A DNA stretch of 64,000 nucleotides, from positions 25,567,394 to 25,631,393 of the forward strand of contig CM119263.1 of the NCBI GenBank assembly GCA_051294375.1, written 5' to 3'. Below the pieces are notes generated by a model. The model saw only the letters and a program-made list of their open reading frames with translations, was not told the DNA's origin and did no database searches. Made by a program: the position numbers and the translations under genes. Source of the stretch: Paraspadella gotoi. Taxonomy: Eukaryota; Animalia; Chaetognatha. Of this stretch, positions 46,158 through 60,406 are shown one piece after another. The first letter of the stretch is position 1; the number at the start of each line of letters is the position of its first letter.

Positions 46158-46634
46158 AGATCAAGTTTAATTTCTCCTTCCTATTCTTTCTCGAATCCCT
46201 TTCTGGTTTTTTTCTCATTGATGAGAAAGAATTTAATCGCGTTTTTCTTTTCATTTTTTTCTTTTTTGTTTGTTTTTTATTCTTTTTTCTTTTAGCTCTT
46301 TCGTCCTTTTCTTCTCTTTCAACTGAAAAAACAATTGAGAGACAATGAGAGGTCCATCGCTTTGAAGAGAGTCAATCGCTCGATGACAAACGAACTTGGT
46401 TAGTGGGCGTGTCCGCCGCCTCCCGCCCTGATTGGTCGATGATTGGAAAGTCAATTTAACTAATCTGGTGATGCGGTTTTCGCGAGAGAAAAAAAAATGA
46501 TTTAAAATAAAACGAAGTTGAGCTAGAAGCTGATATTTAATACTTAAAACTTTTGACTAAAATCTAAAACTTCGCCCTAGAATCGAATTTCAATTTCGAT
46601 AAGACTCAAAATAAAACCAAACTTAGAAAATCTA

Positions 46635-46725
46635 CCGACTGTCGGCTAAAACTTCTCCACATCGACTGACTGTCGGGCTAACGAGAACCGACTGTCGGCT
46701 GACTGTCGGGCTAACGAAAACCGAC
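46635..46725. repeat. Short repeat cluster (CCGACTGTCGG/GACTGTCGGGCTAACGA)
   Basis: Four GACTGTCGG cores, each partly palindromic (CCGAC-T-GTCGG). Confidence 0.7.
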
Positions 46726-47016
46726 AGGTCCAAAAGCGACGGAAAAATCAATGAATAAAATTATGCGAATTGATATGTATAAAAAAAGAAAAGGAACGAG
46801 AACATGGTTATAGTTATTAAGGCGGGACAAGGTAAAAACTAAGTTATCCTGTGCTTCACTAGTTAAAAAAGTGATATTTAATATTGATTAAGTATATGAT
46901 GTACAATTGAATTTTATATTACAGAACTCCTCATGATAAAAAGTGATCAATTTTGGCCCGCCTATATTTTATCTGAATTAGCCAACTTGCACCTCCGCTC
47001 TGTTATTGTTAATCTC

Positions 47017-47029
47017 GTTTCCTAGCAAC
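47017..47029. promoter_or_regulatory. RFX X-box-like motif GTTTCCTAGCAAC
   Basis: Matches the GTTNCC-N-RGYAAC X-box consensus; ~100 bp upstream of a good-context ATG (47133). Confidence 0.45.
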
Positions 47030-47132
47030 GTCAGCGTCAATAACATTTTCACGAATCGAGTTTCGAGACGAAGACATAATCGATAATCAGTTATTTGTTT
47101 TCTTTCGTTATTCAAATCCCTCGTTGGCCATC

Positions 47133-47312
47133 ATGAACCCCGTGGGCATGGAGGTGGCCTGCTATCGAGCCGAGTTTGAAAAGACCAACCGAACGCCTTC
47201 GCCCACTTGTTCGACGGCCTTTTATTCCTCCCCTCTATCCCCCACCGCCACCACCGCCACCACCGCCACCACAGCCCCCTATTTCACCTTTTGGACGATC
47301 TATCTCTCAAAG
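47133..47312 (+). CDS. Possible first coding exon of an unidentified gene (60 codons)
   Basis: gccatcATG context, GC-richer open frame MNPVGMEVACYRAEFEK..., weak phase-0 donor AAG|gtcaaa; no downstream exon identified. Confidence 0.25.
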
Positions 47313-47691
47313 GTCAAAAATCGAAGACAACCGATCTCAAAGTCGATCTCTCGATCGTTTGAAATTTGAAATTTTAATTCATCTCTTTTTTTTCCATGTA
47401 GCAATTCACGCAATTGTTCTTCTCAGTTTGTAATATTCTATTTATTGCAATTATTTAATTTCTTTGCTTTGTTTGGTAGAATATAATAAGGTAAATTAAA
47501 TCAAAATCGAAATTAAATGAAAATGAAAAATGAAAATAGATAAAAAGTTTTGCTTTAGAAATCATGGTCTCCTAGTGCCTTAACCTTCAATTTGAAGAGA
47601 GGCCAAGAGGTGCTTTTATAAAGTCATTTCGCTTTTGAAATCTTCGACTTCCGATTTATTCGTCGTGACCTTCAAGTCGAGGCTTTCATGT

Positions 47692-48053
47692 TGGTAATCA
47701 ATTTGATTTAATCTAAGATTTAAAAGATTTAATAGTCATTTTGCATTTTTATATTTATCATCAAACATCCATGCTTAAATTGCTTATTATATATTAACTC
47801 CTAAGAATATATGTATGTTTACTGTTTAGTGTTCATCGACTAAACTATAAATCATAATAACTTTAAGACAATAACCTCAAACTACATCAGCATTTAATGA
47901 AGAAAAATAAGAGAAAAAGGAAAGGAATGAGAAAGAATAATTCCAAAAACGCGAACAAACGAATAAAAAGAATCCTTTTCAATCTTTCGACTTAAGTAAT
48001 TCAATCGAGTTGAAAGAAAAATTATTTTCTCTCTCTCTTCTCTCTCTCTCTCG

Positions 48054-48130
<77 letters not shown>

Positions 48131-48726
48131 ATCTCTTCTCTCCCCTCTCTCTCGGATGAATTTTTTTCTCTTTTATTCGCGCGGGATTTTCCGGCGCCAG
48201 AGTTTTTGATCTCATCCGTTGCTCTTTTTTTTTCTCGACGCTCAATTCGACCTACTTTCGCTCTTTAGTCGCAGCTTGTTTTTTACTGAAGATGAAATTG
48301 GATGACCATTAAAAGTTATTTTACACAAGTAAATATCAAATTAATCTAAAGAAATTAAAATATAATAAACGTTCAGTACTTTGCTAAAGAATGAGGAAAA
48401 AAAATTTAAAAAGTATATATCCAATGAGAAATGGTACGCATTTTTTTGGTGTCACTCACGAACGGACACGGGGTATTTAACTTAATGTAGATAAAAATTA
48501 TCGGGTTTTGGTGTTTCGTTACTGGCGGGTCTAAGGAACCTTAATGTTTCAAGATTGAAGTCAAGCGATTAAGATTTGTAAAGCATTCCTTTATTCGCCT
48601 TTACATTTACTAATTCTCAGCTTCAAAGGCTTGTATGCGTGTATGAATTTGTATTTATATACTATTCAATATCCATTTAATTGTAAACCAAAGATTAAAG
48701 CTCTAACTAAATATCATTTAGATTCT

Positions 48727-48760
<34 letters not shown>

Positions 48761-48775
48761 CTCCTCTTCTCTCTC

Positions 48776-48821
<46 letters not shown>

Positions 48822-49106
48822 CCCGCTTTTTCCCTCTCTTTTTCTTTCCCCGCCCACTCTATCGTCCAAACGCAATTCGTAGCAACGGAACAACGACTCG
48901 CATTATTTCGGCTCCAAATTGGCTTTAATCGGTGACCCGTAGCAGCAGCAGCGGCGTCGGCGGCAGTAGGGTCGGCGGAGATGCGCAGCTGCGGAGGCGG
49001 CCGCGCAGCGGGCAATGTTTGTTTTTACTCGTAAATATTTTTTTTCCACTTTTTTTCCCTTCACTCCCAAACTAGTTATTTTCGCTGTTTTATTTCTCGT
49101 GCTGGC

Positions 49107-49186
<80 letters not shown>

Positions 49187-51362
49187 TCTTTCTCTCTCTC
49201 TCTCCCCCTCTCCTGCTTCAACTTCACCGCCCCTAACTTCCTCCCTCCCTCCTTTTCATTTTTAATGTCTATCGATTAAACCAATCCTCCACTTTAGTCA
49301 ATTCCTTTCAGTTTTTTTTTTCAAAACCAAAAAAACAGGAAATGAAAAGTAAATTGAGAGATAAACTACGACAAATTTGATTGGCCAAAGCGAAGAGAAA
49401 AAGTATTAGAGTTTAATCGATATTATTTAATCAATTTATTATTTTTTTCATGAACAATTTCTCGCAATTTTTTTTTTTATAATTTAGAGTTATATTTCAG
49501 CTTGAGAGCTTGAACCTTTCCGTGAGTACGGAATAGTGAGGTGTTCCTTTTATAAAATATTTATCCGTTATTCTTCTTAAATTTTCTATAATATTTCATT
49601 TCCAACTCCCAACTCCATCTCTCTCTCTATCCGCTCAACTGCTTCGTCCGCTCCTTCCATTCTTCCGAATAAGACTAAGTTTTTCTCCGATCTAAACAAA
49701 CGCCGCTCGAAGGGTCCAAGGTCAACCTCCGGATGTGATCAAGGCCAGGGGGTAAAGGGTCAATCTCCGGATGTAATCTAGGTCCCGCGACGACAGTCTG
49801 AATCTTCCGGCGACCTCGAATGTTCTCGAATGACCTCGAATGACCTCGAATGTTCTCAAGGGTCGAAGTTCGTCGTCTTCGGATGCGAAAAGAAAACGGA
49901 GGAAAGAAAAGGAAGAGAACGATAAGAGTCTTTTTTCATTTCTTTTTTTTAGTTCTTCCTCCTTTCTTTATTTGGCTTCTTTCAATTTATTGCTTCGCTT
50001 TCCTTAGTTGCCTCGTTACCTCTCATTGGCTTATTCTGAGTTATATCACTCGTTCTCGTTTTCTTTTCTTTTTAATTTTACTTCCTCTAACTTTCCACCC
50101 TTGTTTTCCTTTCCTTATCTCTCCATCTAATTTCCAACTGGTTTTTTTTTTCGGCCAGTCCTTCCTCGGCGACTAATTTCCTCCGGAAAACCAATTTCCG
50201 ACTCTTAATTTCTTTCTTTCCTTCTTTCCTTCCTTTTTTCTCCTTTTTTCCTTTTTCTTCCTTCTCCTCTTCCTTCTTCTTTTTTGCTCATTTGTGTCCT
50301 CGATTTCTCGCTTCGGCGACGCATTCGTTTCTCGTCTCAGGAATTATTTCTCGTTTCTTCGTCTCATTCGTTTTTATTCGTTGATAGATGTCGCCTTTTT
50401 CTGTCTCATTCCTCACGGACAATCGTTCAATTTTTCTTAATTACGTCCCAATTTTTTTAAATCAATATTTTTTCATTTATTTATTTATTCTGTATTTCTC
50501 TCTGCTTATAGTTATAGTACTCTCTTTAAAGTAGACAAAAACAAATTTTCGTAAAAGATTCTTACTTACAAAACTTACAAAACGAAAGAAAAAAGCTGAA
50601 GCGTGATCACTGATCAAGCAATAGTCGAGCTTTTTTCCGAATCGCTGACCGTTTTGACGGAATGGCTTTCAATTTGAATCGATTCCGCACTAAAAGAAAA
50701 TCAGTTGAAGCGGATTCTTGATTTAGAATTTTTTTGACGTCAGCCTCGTCGTTTTTATCGTCGTCGCTTTCGTCGTCGTCGTCGTCGTCCAACTCAATCA
50801 AAAACCGTAGAAAATTATGATGAAACTTTCATATTTTTATTTTCTACGCCGAAGAGGAATTTGAATAACAGAGCGTAAAGGATTTTGCGGGAGGAAGGAC
50901 AGGAAAGGAAGGAAGGAAGGAATGAAGGAAGGAAAGGAAGAAAAGGAAGGACGNNNNNNNNNNNNNNNNNNNNNNNNNTTTGATGGTAATCAATTTGATT
51001 TAATCTAAGATTAAAAGATTTAATAGTCATTTTGCATTTTTTATATTTATCATCAAACATCCATGCTTAAATCGCTTATTATATATAAACCTCCTAAGAT
51101 AATATATTATGTTTAGTGTTCATCGATAAAACTATAAAATCATAATAACTATTAGACAATAACTAAGCTACATCAGCATTTATAGAAGAAAAATAAGAGA
51201 AAATGAAAGGAATGAGAAAGAATATTTCCAAAAAAGCGACGAACAAACGAATAAAAAGAATCCTTTTCAATCTTTCGACTTAAGTAATTTCAAGTCGAGT
51301 TGAAAAGAAAAATATTTTCTCTCTCTCTTCTCGTAGTACCTCTCTCTCTCTCTCTCCTCTCT

Positions 51363-51422
<60 letters not shown>

Positions 51423-52607
51423 AATTTCTCTTTTATTTCGCCGAGATTTTCCAGCGCCAGAGTTTTTGATCTGCATCCGTTTGCTCTTTTTATTCTCGAT
51501 GCTCAATTCGAACCTACTTTTCGATCTTTAGTCGCAGCTTGCGAGGTTTTGCAGGGTTTCTAGTTTTGCAGGGTTTTCAGCTGTTTCGGAGTTTCAAGCT
51601 CATGAAAATACCGTTCGATATTTTTTCTACCCCTGTCGTTCGCGAGTGAACAGCAAAAAAATCTTTACTATACTTTAATATTTAATAAACATAATTCATA
51701 AGTATATCATAGTTGGAGAAGCTATTATAATTTCATTTTCGTGTTAATTTATTACTTATTCTTTGTTTAATTTTTTTATTCTAACAGCAGTAAATTTTTA
51801 AAAAAAGAAGCCATTTTAGGCGTGTTTCTTGATTGAATTTAAAGAAATTTTATATCATAAGAAATCCCTTATTAAAATGGTCTAATCAATGGCGTATTTG
51901 AGTTATTGTAATGGTGAGTAATTTTTTGAGTAATAATATTTTATTTTATTTTTTTAATTGTAAATTTAAGTTTCTTTATACAATTCGTCTCATAAGAAAA
52001 AAATGCTTGTCTTGAGCATGTTCTTGTGACTGTTTTGAATAATTATTTTATATCGTAAGGATTCCCCAGATAATTCTTAATTTATTGGTGTAAATGAATT
52101 TTAATAATTTTAGGTATTTAATGATAATTAATTTATAATGATATTTTTTTAAAAAGATTCAGTTTTTTTACTGAAGATGAAATGGATGACATTAAAAGTT
52201 ATTTTAACTCAAGTAAATATCAAATTAATCTCAAAGAAATTAAATATAATAAACCTTAGCTTCAGAATGAAGAGAAAAAAATTTAAAAAATATTTATCCA
52301 ATGAGAAATGGTAGGCATTTTCTGGTGTCACTCGGCGAACGGACACGGGGTATTTAACTTAATGTAGATAAAAATTATTCGGGTTTTGGCGTCTCGTTAC
52401 TGGCGGGTCTAAGGAACCTGAGTTTTCAAAGGTTTGAACTCAAAGCGATTAAGATTTTGTAAATCATTGCTTAATTCGGCCTTTACATTTACTACTATCT
52501 CAGCTTCAAAGGCTTGTAGGCGTGTATGAATTTGTATTTATATACTATTCAATATCCATTTAATTGTAAACCAAAGATTACAGCTTCTAACTAAATATCA
52601 TTTAGAA

Positions 52608-52653
<46 letters not shown>

Positions 52654-52659
52654 GCTCTC

Positions 52660-52692
<33 letters not shown>

Positions 52693-52976
52693 TGCTTTTT
52701 CCCATCTCTTTTTTCTTTTCCCCGCCCACTCTATCGTCCAAACGCAATTCGTAGCAACGGAACAACGACTCGCATTATTCGGCTCCAAATTGGCTTTAAT
52801 CGGTGACCCGTTGCAGGCAGCAGCTGCGTCGGCGGCCAGTAGAGTCAGCGGAGATCGCAGCTGCGGAGGCGCGCCGCAGCGGGCATGTTTGTTTTTACTC
52901 GTAAATATTTTTTTTTCACTTTTTTTCCCTTCACTCCCAAACTAGTTATTTTCGCTGGTTTTTTTCTCGTGCTGGC

Positions 52977-53075
<99 letters not shown>

Positions 53076-54790
53076 CTGCTTCAACTTCACCGCCCCTAAC
53101 TCCCTCCTCCCTTCTCTTCATTTTTAATGTCTATCGATTAACAAATCCTCCACTTTAGTCAATTCCTTTCAGTTTTTTTTTTTTTTAAAACCAAAAAAAC
53201 AGGAAATGAAAAGTAAATTGAGAGATAAACTACGACAAAATTTGTTGGCCAAAGCGAAGAGAAAAAGTATTAGAGTTTAATCGATATTATTTAATTCAAT
53301 TTATTTTTTTTTCATGAACAATTTCTCGCAATTTTTTTTTTTATAATTTAGAGTTATATTTCAGCTTGAGAGCTTGAACCTTTCCGTGAGTACGGAATAG
53401 TAGGTGTTCCTTTTATAAAATATTTATCCGTTATTCTTCTTAAATTTTCTATAATATTTCATTTCCAACTCCCAACTCCATCTCTCTCTCTATCCGCTCA
53501 ACTGCTTCGTCCGCTCCTTCCATTCTTCCGAATAAGACTAAGTTTTTCTCCGATCCTAAACAAACGCCGCTCGAAGGGTCCAAGGTCAACCTCCGGATGT
53601 GATCAAGGCCAGGGGGTAAAGGGTCAATCTCCGGATGTAATCTAGGTCCCGCGACGACAGTCTGAATCTTCCGGCGACCTCGAATGTTCTCGAATGACTC
53701 GAATGACCTCGAATGTTCTCAAGAGGTCGAAGTTCGTCGTCTTCGGATGCGAAAAAGAAACGGAGGAAAGAAAAGGAAGAGAACGATAAGAGTCTTTTTT
53801 CATTTCTTTTTTTTAGTTCTTCCTCCTTTCTTTATTTTGGCTTCTTTCAATTTATTGCTTCGCTTTCCTTAGTTGCCTCGTTACCTCTCATTGGCTTATT
53901 CTGAGTTATATCACTCGTTCTCATTTTTCTTTTCTTTTTAATTTTACTTCCTCTAACTTTCCACCCTTGTTTTCCTTTCCTTATCTCTCCATCTAATTTC
54001 CAACTGGTTTTTTTTTTTTCGGCCAGTCCTTCCTCGGCGACTAATTTCCTCCGGAAAACCAATTTCCGACTCTTAATATTCTTTCTTTCCTTCCTTTTTT
54101 TCTCCTTTTTTCTTTTTTCTTCCTCTCCTCTTCCTTCTTCTTTTTGCTCATTTGTGTCCTCGATTTCTCGCTTCGGCGACGCATTCGTTTTTCTCGTCTC
54201 AGGAATTATTTCTCGTTTCTTCGTCTCATTCGTTTTTATTCGTTGATAGATGTCGCCTTTTTCTGTCTCATTCTCACGGACAATCGTTTCAATTTTTCTT
54301 AATTACGTCCCAATTTTTTTAAATCAATATTTTTTCATTTATTTATTTATTCTGTATTTCTCTCTGCTTATAGTTATAGTACTCTCTTTAAAGTAGACAA
54401 AAACAAATTTTCGTAAAAGATTCTTACTTACAAAAACTTACAAAACGAAAGAAAAAAAGCTGAAGCGTGATCACTGATCATGATCAAACAATAGTCGAGC
54501 TTTTTTTCCGAATCGCTGACCGTTTTGACGGAATGGCTTTCAATTTGAATCGATTTCCGACTAAAAGAAAAGTCAGTTGAAGCGGATTCTTGATTTAGAA
54601 TTTTTTTTGACGTCAGCCTCGTCGTTTTTATCGTCGTCGCTTTCGTCGTCGTCGTCGTCGTCGTCCAACTCAATCAAAAACCGTAGAAAATTATGATGAA
54701 ACTTTCATATTTTTATTTTCTACGCCGAAGAGGAATTTGAATAACAGAGCGTAAAGGATTTGCGGAGGAAGGAAGGAAGGAAGGAAGGAA
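47692..54790. repeat. ~3.3-kb direct duplication (47692-50953 and 50984-~54790) separated by an N gap
   Basis: Collinear near-identity including ORF pairs 49015/52885 and 49850/53684; second copy has an extra ~620 bp (51542-52161); gap at 50954-50978. Confidence 0.95.
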
Positions 54791-55150
54791 GGAATGAAGG
54801 AAAGGAGAAAGGAAGGAAGGAAGAAGAGGAAGGAAGGAAGGAAGGAAGGAAGGAAGGAAGGAAAGGAAGGAAGGAAGGAAGGAAGGAAGGAAGGAAGGAA
54901 GGAAGAAAAAAGAAGGAAGGAAGGAAGGAAGGAAGGAAGGAAGGATGAAGGAAGGAAGGAAGGAAGGAGGAAGAGGAAGGAAGGAAAGAAGGAAAGAAGG
55001 AAGGAAGGAAGGAAGGAATGAAGGAAGAAGGAATGAAGGAAGTAGAAGAAGGAAAGGAAAGAAGGAAGGAAGGAAGGAAGGAAGGAATGAAGGAAGGAAG
55101 GAATGAAGGAAGGAAGTAAAGAAGGAAGGAAAGAAGGGAGGAAAAGGAAA
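54765..55150. repeat. Degenerate (GAAG)n microsatellite
   Basis: Direct reading. Confidence 0.95.
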
Positions 55151-55320
55151 GAGAAGAGGAATTTTCTGCCATTCAAGATTTAATCAAGAATTTATGGATT
55201 TCTCACGGAAAGGGGAAAGAAAGGAGAGAGGTGGAGAAAGGAGAAAGAAAGAAGGGAATATATAAAATACTTTTGAAATATTTAAACAAACGATCGACGT
55301 AATTTCTTCCACGTCTTTTC

Positions 55321-56104
55321 CAATTTTGAGAAAACAACGCCGGATCTGCCCACGATCATTAGCGGTAATTAATTAATTAATTAGTACAAACTATATAAAC
55401 TAAAATAATAATTTAATTAATAAATTAACTAATTTGATCCGAAATGTTTGTTTTTAGGTCTTTTCGTCACTGACCACGACAAAAGCAACGACGACGATGA
55501 TGGCGACGACGACAATCATGACGATAACGATTGACTTGATTGATTGAATAATTGACTAAATAATTAATTAATTTATAAATAAATTGATTGATTGAATAAT
55601 TAATTAATAGATAACTAAATAAATTGATTGATTGAATTATTGATTAATTAATTCACCGATTATTTAATTATTTTTTAATTAATTGTCTAATTGATTAATT
55701 AACTAATTAATAATTTGATTAATTAATACATCATGCAGTTACATTTATTATAAAAAGAAAAAGAAGCATAATCAATTAGTGAAACAGGTTTTTTGTTTTT
55801 TCCATTTATACTCATTTCCACTCAGACAATTCCATCGAAACTTAATTTCCAGCTTTATCACACACTTTCTTACCCACATACAAAATTTCAAGTCAATCGT
55901 CCCATTCACTCATGAGTATTTGGCGTTCAAATAGTGAAATAGATTTTTTAGTTTTTTCCATTTAAACTCATTTCCACTCGCACGATTCCATCGACACTTC
56001 ATATCCAGCTTGATCACACACTTCCCTACCCACACACAAAATTTCAATCCAATGCATCCATCCAATCACGAGTAATTGGAGTTTTTTTCTATGTGGGACG
56101 GACG

Positions 56105-56179
<75 letters not shown>

Positions 56180-56338
56180 CGACACGGACGGACGGACAGA
56201 TATCGTTTTTTTGCATAATTTATCATAATTCGATGTTCTGAAATGATATAAGTGAATGCCTAACAAGATTGAGGGGGACGGACGGACAAAGTGAATTATA
56301 GAGTCGGGATCTGCTGATAAGCAGATCCGACTAAAAAA
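55321..56338 (-). mobile_element. Full-length HINE-like element family A, copy 4 (reverse orientation)
   Basis: Reverse complement begins TTTTTTAGTCGGATCTGCTTATCAGCAGATCCCGACTCTATAATTCAC, has (CTGT)n/(CCGT)n, two ~156-bp units and a TAAT tract, and ends GGCAGATCCGGCGTTGTTTTCTCAAAATTG. Confidence 0.82.
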
Positions 56339-56364
56339 GTGTTCGTAGTTATATATTTTCGTAT

Positions 56365-56365
<1 letters not shown>

Positions 56366-56436
<71 letters not shown>
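56366..56436. repeat. (AAT)n microsatellite
   Basis: Direct reading. Confidence 0.97.
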
Positions 56437-56437
<1 letters not shown>

Positions 56438-57627
56438 TAAAAATAATAATGACACATGGAAAAAGAAGAGGATCAAATAATTGTCGTTTTTTGACACTCA
56501 GAACATGTTTTTGTTTTGTTTCTGTTTTTTTTTTCTCGCCTAATTCCAAGTGCTCTGGTTTCCGCAACGATGCGTCCACAAATATTACCATTTTCTACCC
56601 ACGTCTTTTTTTGTTTGATCTCCGGCTTATTTTTCTCTCTTCTCTGTTTTTTTTTAGATTTTTTCTTTCTTCAAATTATTCTTTTGTTTCCCTCATCGAC
56701 TGTTGATATATTTTTTTTAGAACAAAGGAGAAAATTTATTATCATGTCTCGACTAAATCGTTCTGCAATGTTACTTTTAATATTACCTTTATAGGCAATT
56801 TATAGATCTTCCCTAAAAATCAAGTTTTTCATGCAATTCCCCATGATATGATATTTTCCGCTTCCCCCTTGCCCCCTTCTTTGCTGTTTCTCCCCTCCAC
56901 CTCCACCATCTCCCTCCCACCTCCAATATCCCACTCCCACTTCCACATCCCCCTCTCACCTCCACCATCCCCCTCCCACCTCACCATCCCCCTCCCATCT
57001 ACACCATCCCCCTCCACCTCAACGATCCCCTCCCACTTCCATCATCCCCTCCCACCATCCCCTCCCCTTTTTTCGCCACCATCATTTTTCAAAAACTCTT
57101 TTTTTCCCCAAATTTTCCTCCACTTTTTTATTGACGTCCGATTCAGACGAAAATCATTTTTTTCTCTTCGTCCTTTTATTTTTTTATTGTTATTCGCTTC
57201 TCAATTCCCCGGAGGTTTTTTTTTCCCCTTCGCCGGTTGTCACCCTCCCAACGGATTTATAGCCTTTTCTCTTCCCGGCCGATTCGAATGAAGACCATAG
57301 TGGGCATTTTTGCGGGGCGTTCCCGTGCCACGCCTCGACACCTCCCGACGGTCCGCTCCATTTCTCCCGCTCAACGGTCCGCCTTTCTACAGGCCCCACT
57401 CCCACCGACCACAGACCACATATCTCTCCATACCGCCCTACCAAATCACCCTCAACCGTGTCTCATCTACTCAACGGCCCTTTCTCAACCTCCGCCCGAC
57501 CACGCCCTCTCGGCTTTCCTCCTTTTTCTCATAATTCCGTGTCGACAAAAAAAAAAAAGTTCAGAATTTTTGTTTTTCGCTTTTTGTCATATTAACTTAT
57601 CTTTCTTTTATTCCTATTGCTACTGTT

Positions 57628-57651
57628 TCTTTCTTTCCTTCTTTCTTTCCT

Positions 57652-57746
<95 letters not shown>
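57628..57746. repeat. (TTTC)n microsatellite
   Basis: Direct reading. Confidence 0.95.
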
Positions 57747-58219
57747 CTCTTTCTCCCTCTCTTTCTCTCCCCTCCCTCCCTCTCTTCCCCTTATCCCTTC
57801 CTCGCTCCTTTCCTTTCCTCCGCTAATCCATGACGTGACCCTTTTTATTCTAAAACCTCCGACAGCCTCTCGTTTTCCTCTTAAAGGAAGCCACGCCTTC
57901 TATTCTCTGTTCTTTCTCGTCATAACCGATCTTTCTCGCGACTCCCGATCTCGTTTTGCGCATCTTTCCGTCCCACTCGAGCTCGTAATCTGCGTTTCGC
58001 ATCGTAATAACTGCTCTCGCTCTGTGCAGCGTAGACCCTCTTTTCTTGTCAACAAGCTTCTGCCCCTTTCCTCGTTTTAGCCACCCGACCTTTCTCCCCG
58101 TTGCACCATAACCATCCATAACCATCCATAACCGGTTATAGCCGAATTTTTCTTTGCTCCTTAGACCGTTTTGTCATAACAGTTCTAGCTCCCTCTCGCG
58201 ATGCTAATCATGCTGCCGG

Positions 58220-58276
58220 CTTTGCTTTGCTTTGCTTTGCTTTGCTTTGCTCTGCTTTGCTTTGCTTTGCTTTGCT
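58220..58276. repeat. (TTTGC)n microsatellite
   Basis: Direct reading. Confidence 0.93.
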
Positions 58277-59756
58277 CAATAAAATATTGTCTCTTTCAAC
58301 TATTATTAAATACAAATGACGTTCTCGCCATTTCAAGTTATTAATCTAACACTTTAAAGCTATATCCTCTTTCGCACGCTCTCCATACACAAACCTCTAA
58401 CCCCACCGCCCCCCCACCCCCCCCCGTCGGCTACGAAAAGGGTTCCAGCGAACGGCTCATTTCTTCTCGGAAATGGTGGTCTTCGCGTTCGTCGTCGTCC
58501 TCGTGGGCCAAAGTTTGACGTTCCCCTTAATCCTAGTCATTTTTCTCTTCCTCTTTCGTCGTTATTAAAATTAGGTCCAGGGCCTGCGACGACAGGCAGG
58601 GCTCTGCCCTTTTTGGCCTTTGCCAGGATTTCTCTTCCGCCCAGCTCGGGCTGTCCTCGTCTTATGCTTCCTATTCATTCACAAAGTCACGATATAATCA
58701 CAATCGTAACCCTTTCACTTTTTTCCTTTCGGACATTCTCTAGTAATTTAATTTAATTTAATCGTCATCCTTCGTCACAATATAATTGTAATATTTATAA
58801 AATTATAACGGCAAAAACTATATTTTATATTCTTTTACCACATTAAACTACAACTTAGAAAATCAAAGGAACCCAATTTTTCAAAGCCAAAACCCCCAAC
58901 TCAAAAGCCAAAACCCCCAAAACAAATCCGGGATCGCGACCTTCGCCTCTAATTTCACTCTCATTCACCCCCGCCCACATCAATTAACGCTACCCCCACC
59001 GCCCGCTTCTCGCTCGCAAGCGGTCGCCTCCATCCTCTTAAAAAAAGAAAATATGTTCGTCGTTTATTTTTATTCGCGTCGGTTTGACCTTTTGACCTTC
59101 GAAGGCGAAAGAAAGGGAGAGGAGATTCACTCGAATGTCACTTGATTTGTGAGTCGATCGTTAAAAAGTGACATGGCCGACGTCTGGGACGTTTTAGGGT
59201 CTATTTAAGTGCCAATTATGTCATTCTTTGTTCGTATGTCATGTCACGAAACGAATTTGTTAAAATTAAACCAATGAAAAAGAAAGGGAAAATATACTAA
59301 AATAAAGCAAAATAAGAATGGAAGCTGAGCTAAGCCTGTTTAAATTTCAAATATGAACCTTTTTATGAATGTATATTGATATTTATGTCCCCTGACCCCG
59401 ACATATTAAACCCGGCACACGAAAATCCATTAGCCGTCGCTCGGGATATAAAGATGTTTTCCGATGATGGATCTGGGATGGAAATAAAATCCTTCCGCCC
59501 AATTTTATTTGCGTTTGTGTTTGTCTCCTTTTTTTTCGTCGTGATCGTTCGTAAGCGGCGGTGACGCCTGAGAGACATGACAAAGGGTGACAGTAGTTAA
59601 GTCAGTGACGCGACTGTGAACGTCGGTGTCATGGTGAAAGCGACATTGGTGACGCAGTGAGCGACGAGAGCCCTCTTCGTCCTTTCATGTTCGTCACCAG
59701 ACGGAACACAGAGTCGTCGGGGCAAACAAATGGGAGGAAGCTTCTCTCTCTCTCTC

Positions 59757-59798
<42 letters not shown>

Positions 59799-60270
59799 GC
59801 CTCTCTCTCTCTCCCTTTTCATCTTCTTTCCATTCATTCCAGCACCATCCCTCTCCCTCCCCGAGGCGCGGTCACGTACCGTGGTTATTTCTGTGTCTCT
59901 CTCCGCATGTTCCGGGGAAACTTTCTGCGCATGCGCTCGGGGGCTGACCCAACGCAAGTTCTGTTATTACACGCGCGCATCAACGTAATTTCCTAATATA
60001 TTTTCTATAACATTGAAAGAACAAATTCAGGTTGGAAGCAGAAATTATTACGGGAATTATTACGGAAAAGTGGACCATTGCGGGGATTGAACTCAGACAG
60101 TGTTGGTTCCCTAATTGAGCTGAAAAAATACTTTTCTTGCTCGATTTATAAGAACATCCCGTTTTATTCCTTAATACCTTTATTCATTGTTTCTGCAACG
60201 ATGGGCGTTTTCTAATCTCCGCTTAATTCCCGACCTCCTTGTATCGCTCGTTCCACTTTGCAATTGTCGA

Positions 60271-60406
60271 TTGTCACGTCTGCGATCCGTGACACGTTAC
60301 GCGTCCAGTGACACCATCTAATTTTCTTTTGTCACGTCTGCGATCTGTGCCATGTTACGTGTCCAGAGTCACGCATCTAATTCTCTCTTGTCACGCCTAC
60401 GATCCA
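60271..60406. repeat. ~59-bp tandem repeat, ~2.3 copies
   Basis: TTGTCACG(T/C)CT(G/A)CGATC recurs at ~60271, ~60329 and ~60388. Confidence 0.8.

Noticed and set aside
60072-60124. tRNA-like A/B boxes on minus strand (AGCTCAATTAGG..GAGTTCAATCCCC)
   Set aside because: No complete cloverleaf or anticodon arm; at most a decayed tRNA-derived SINE head.
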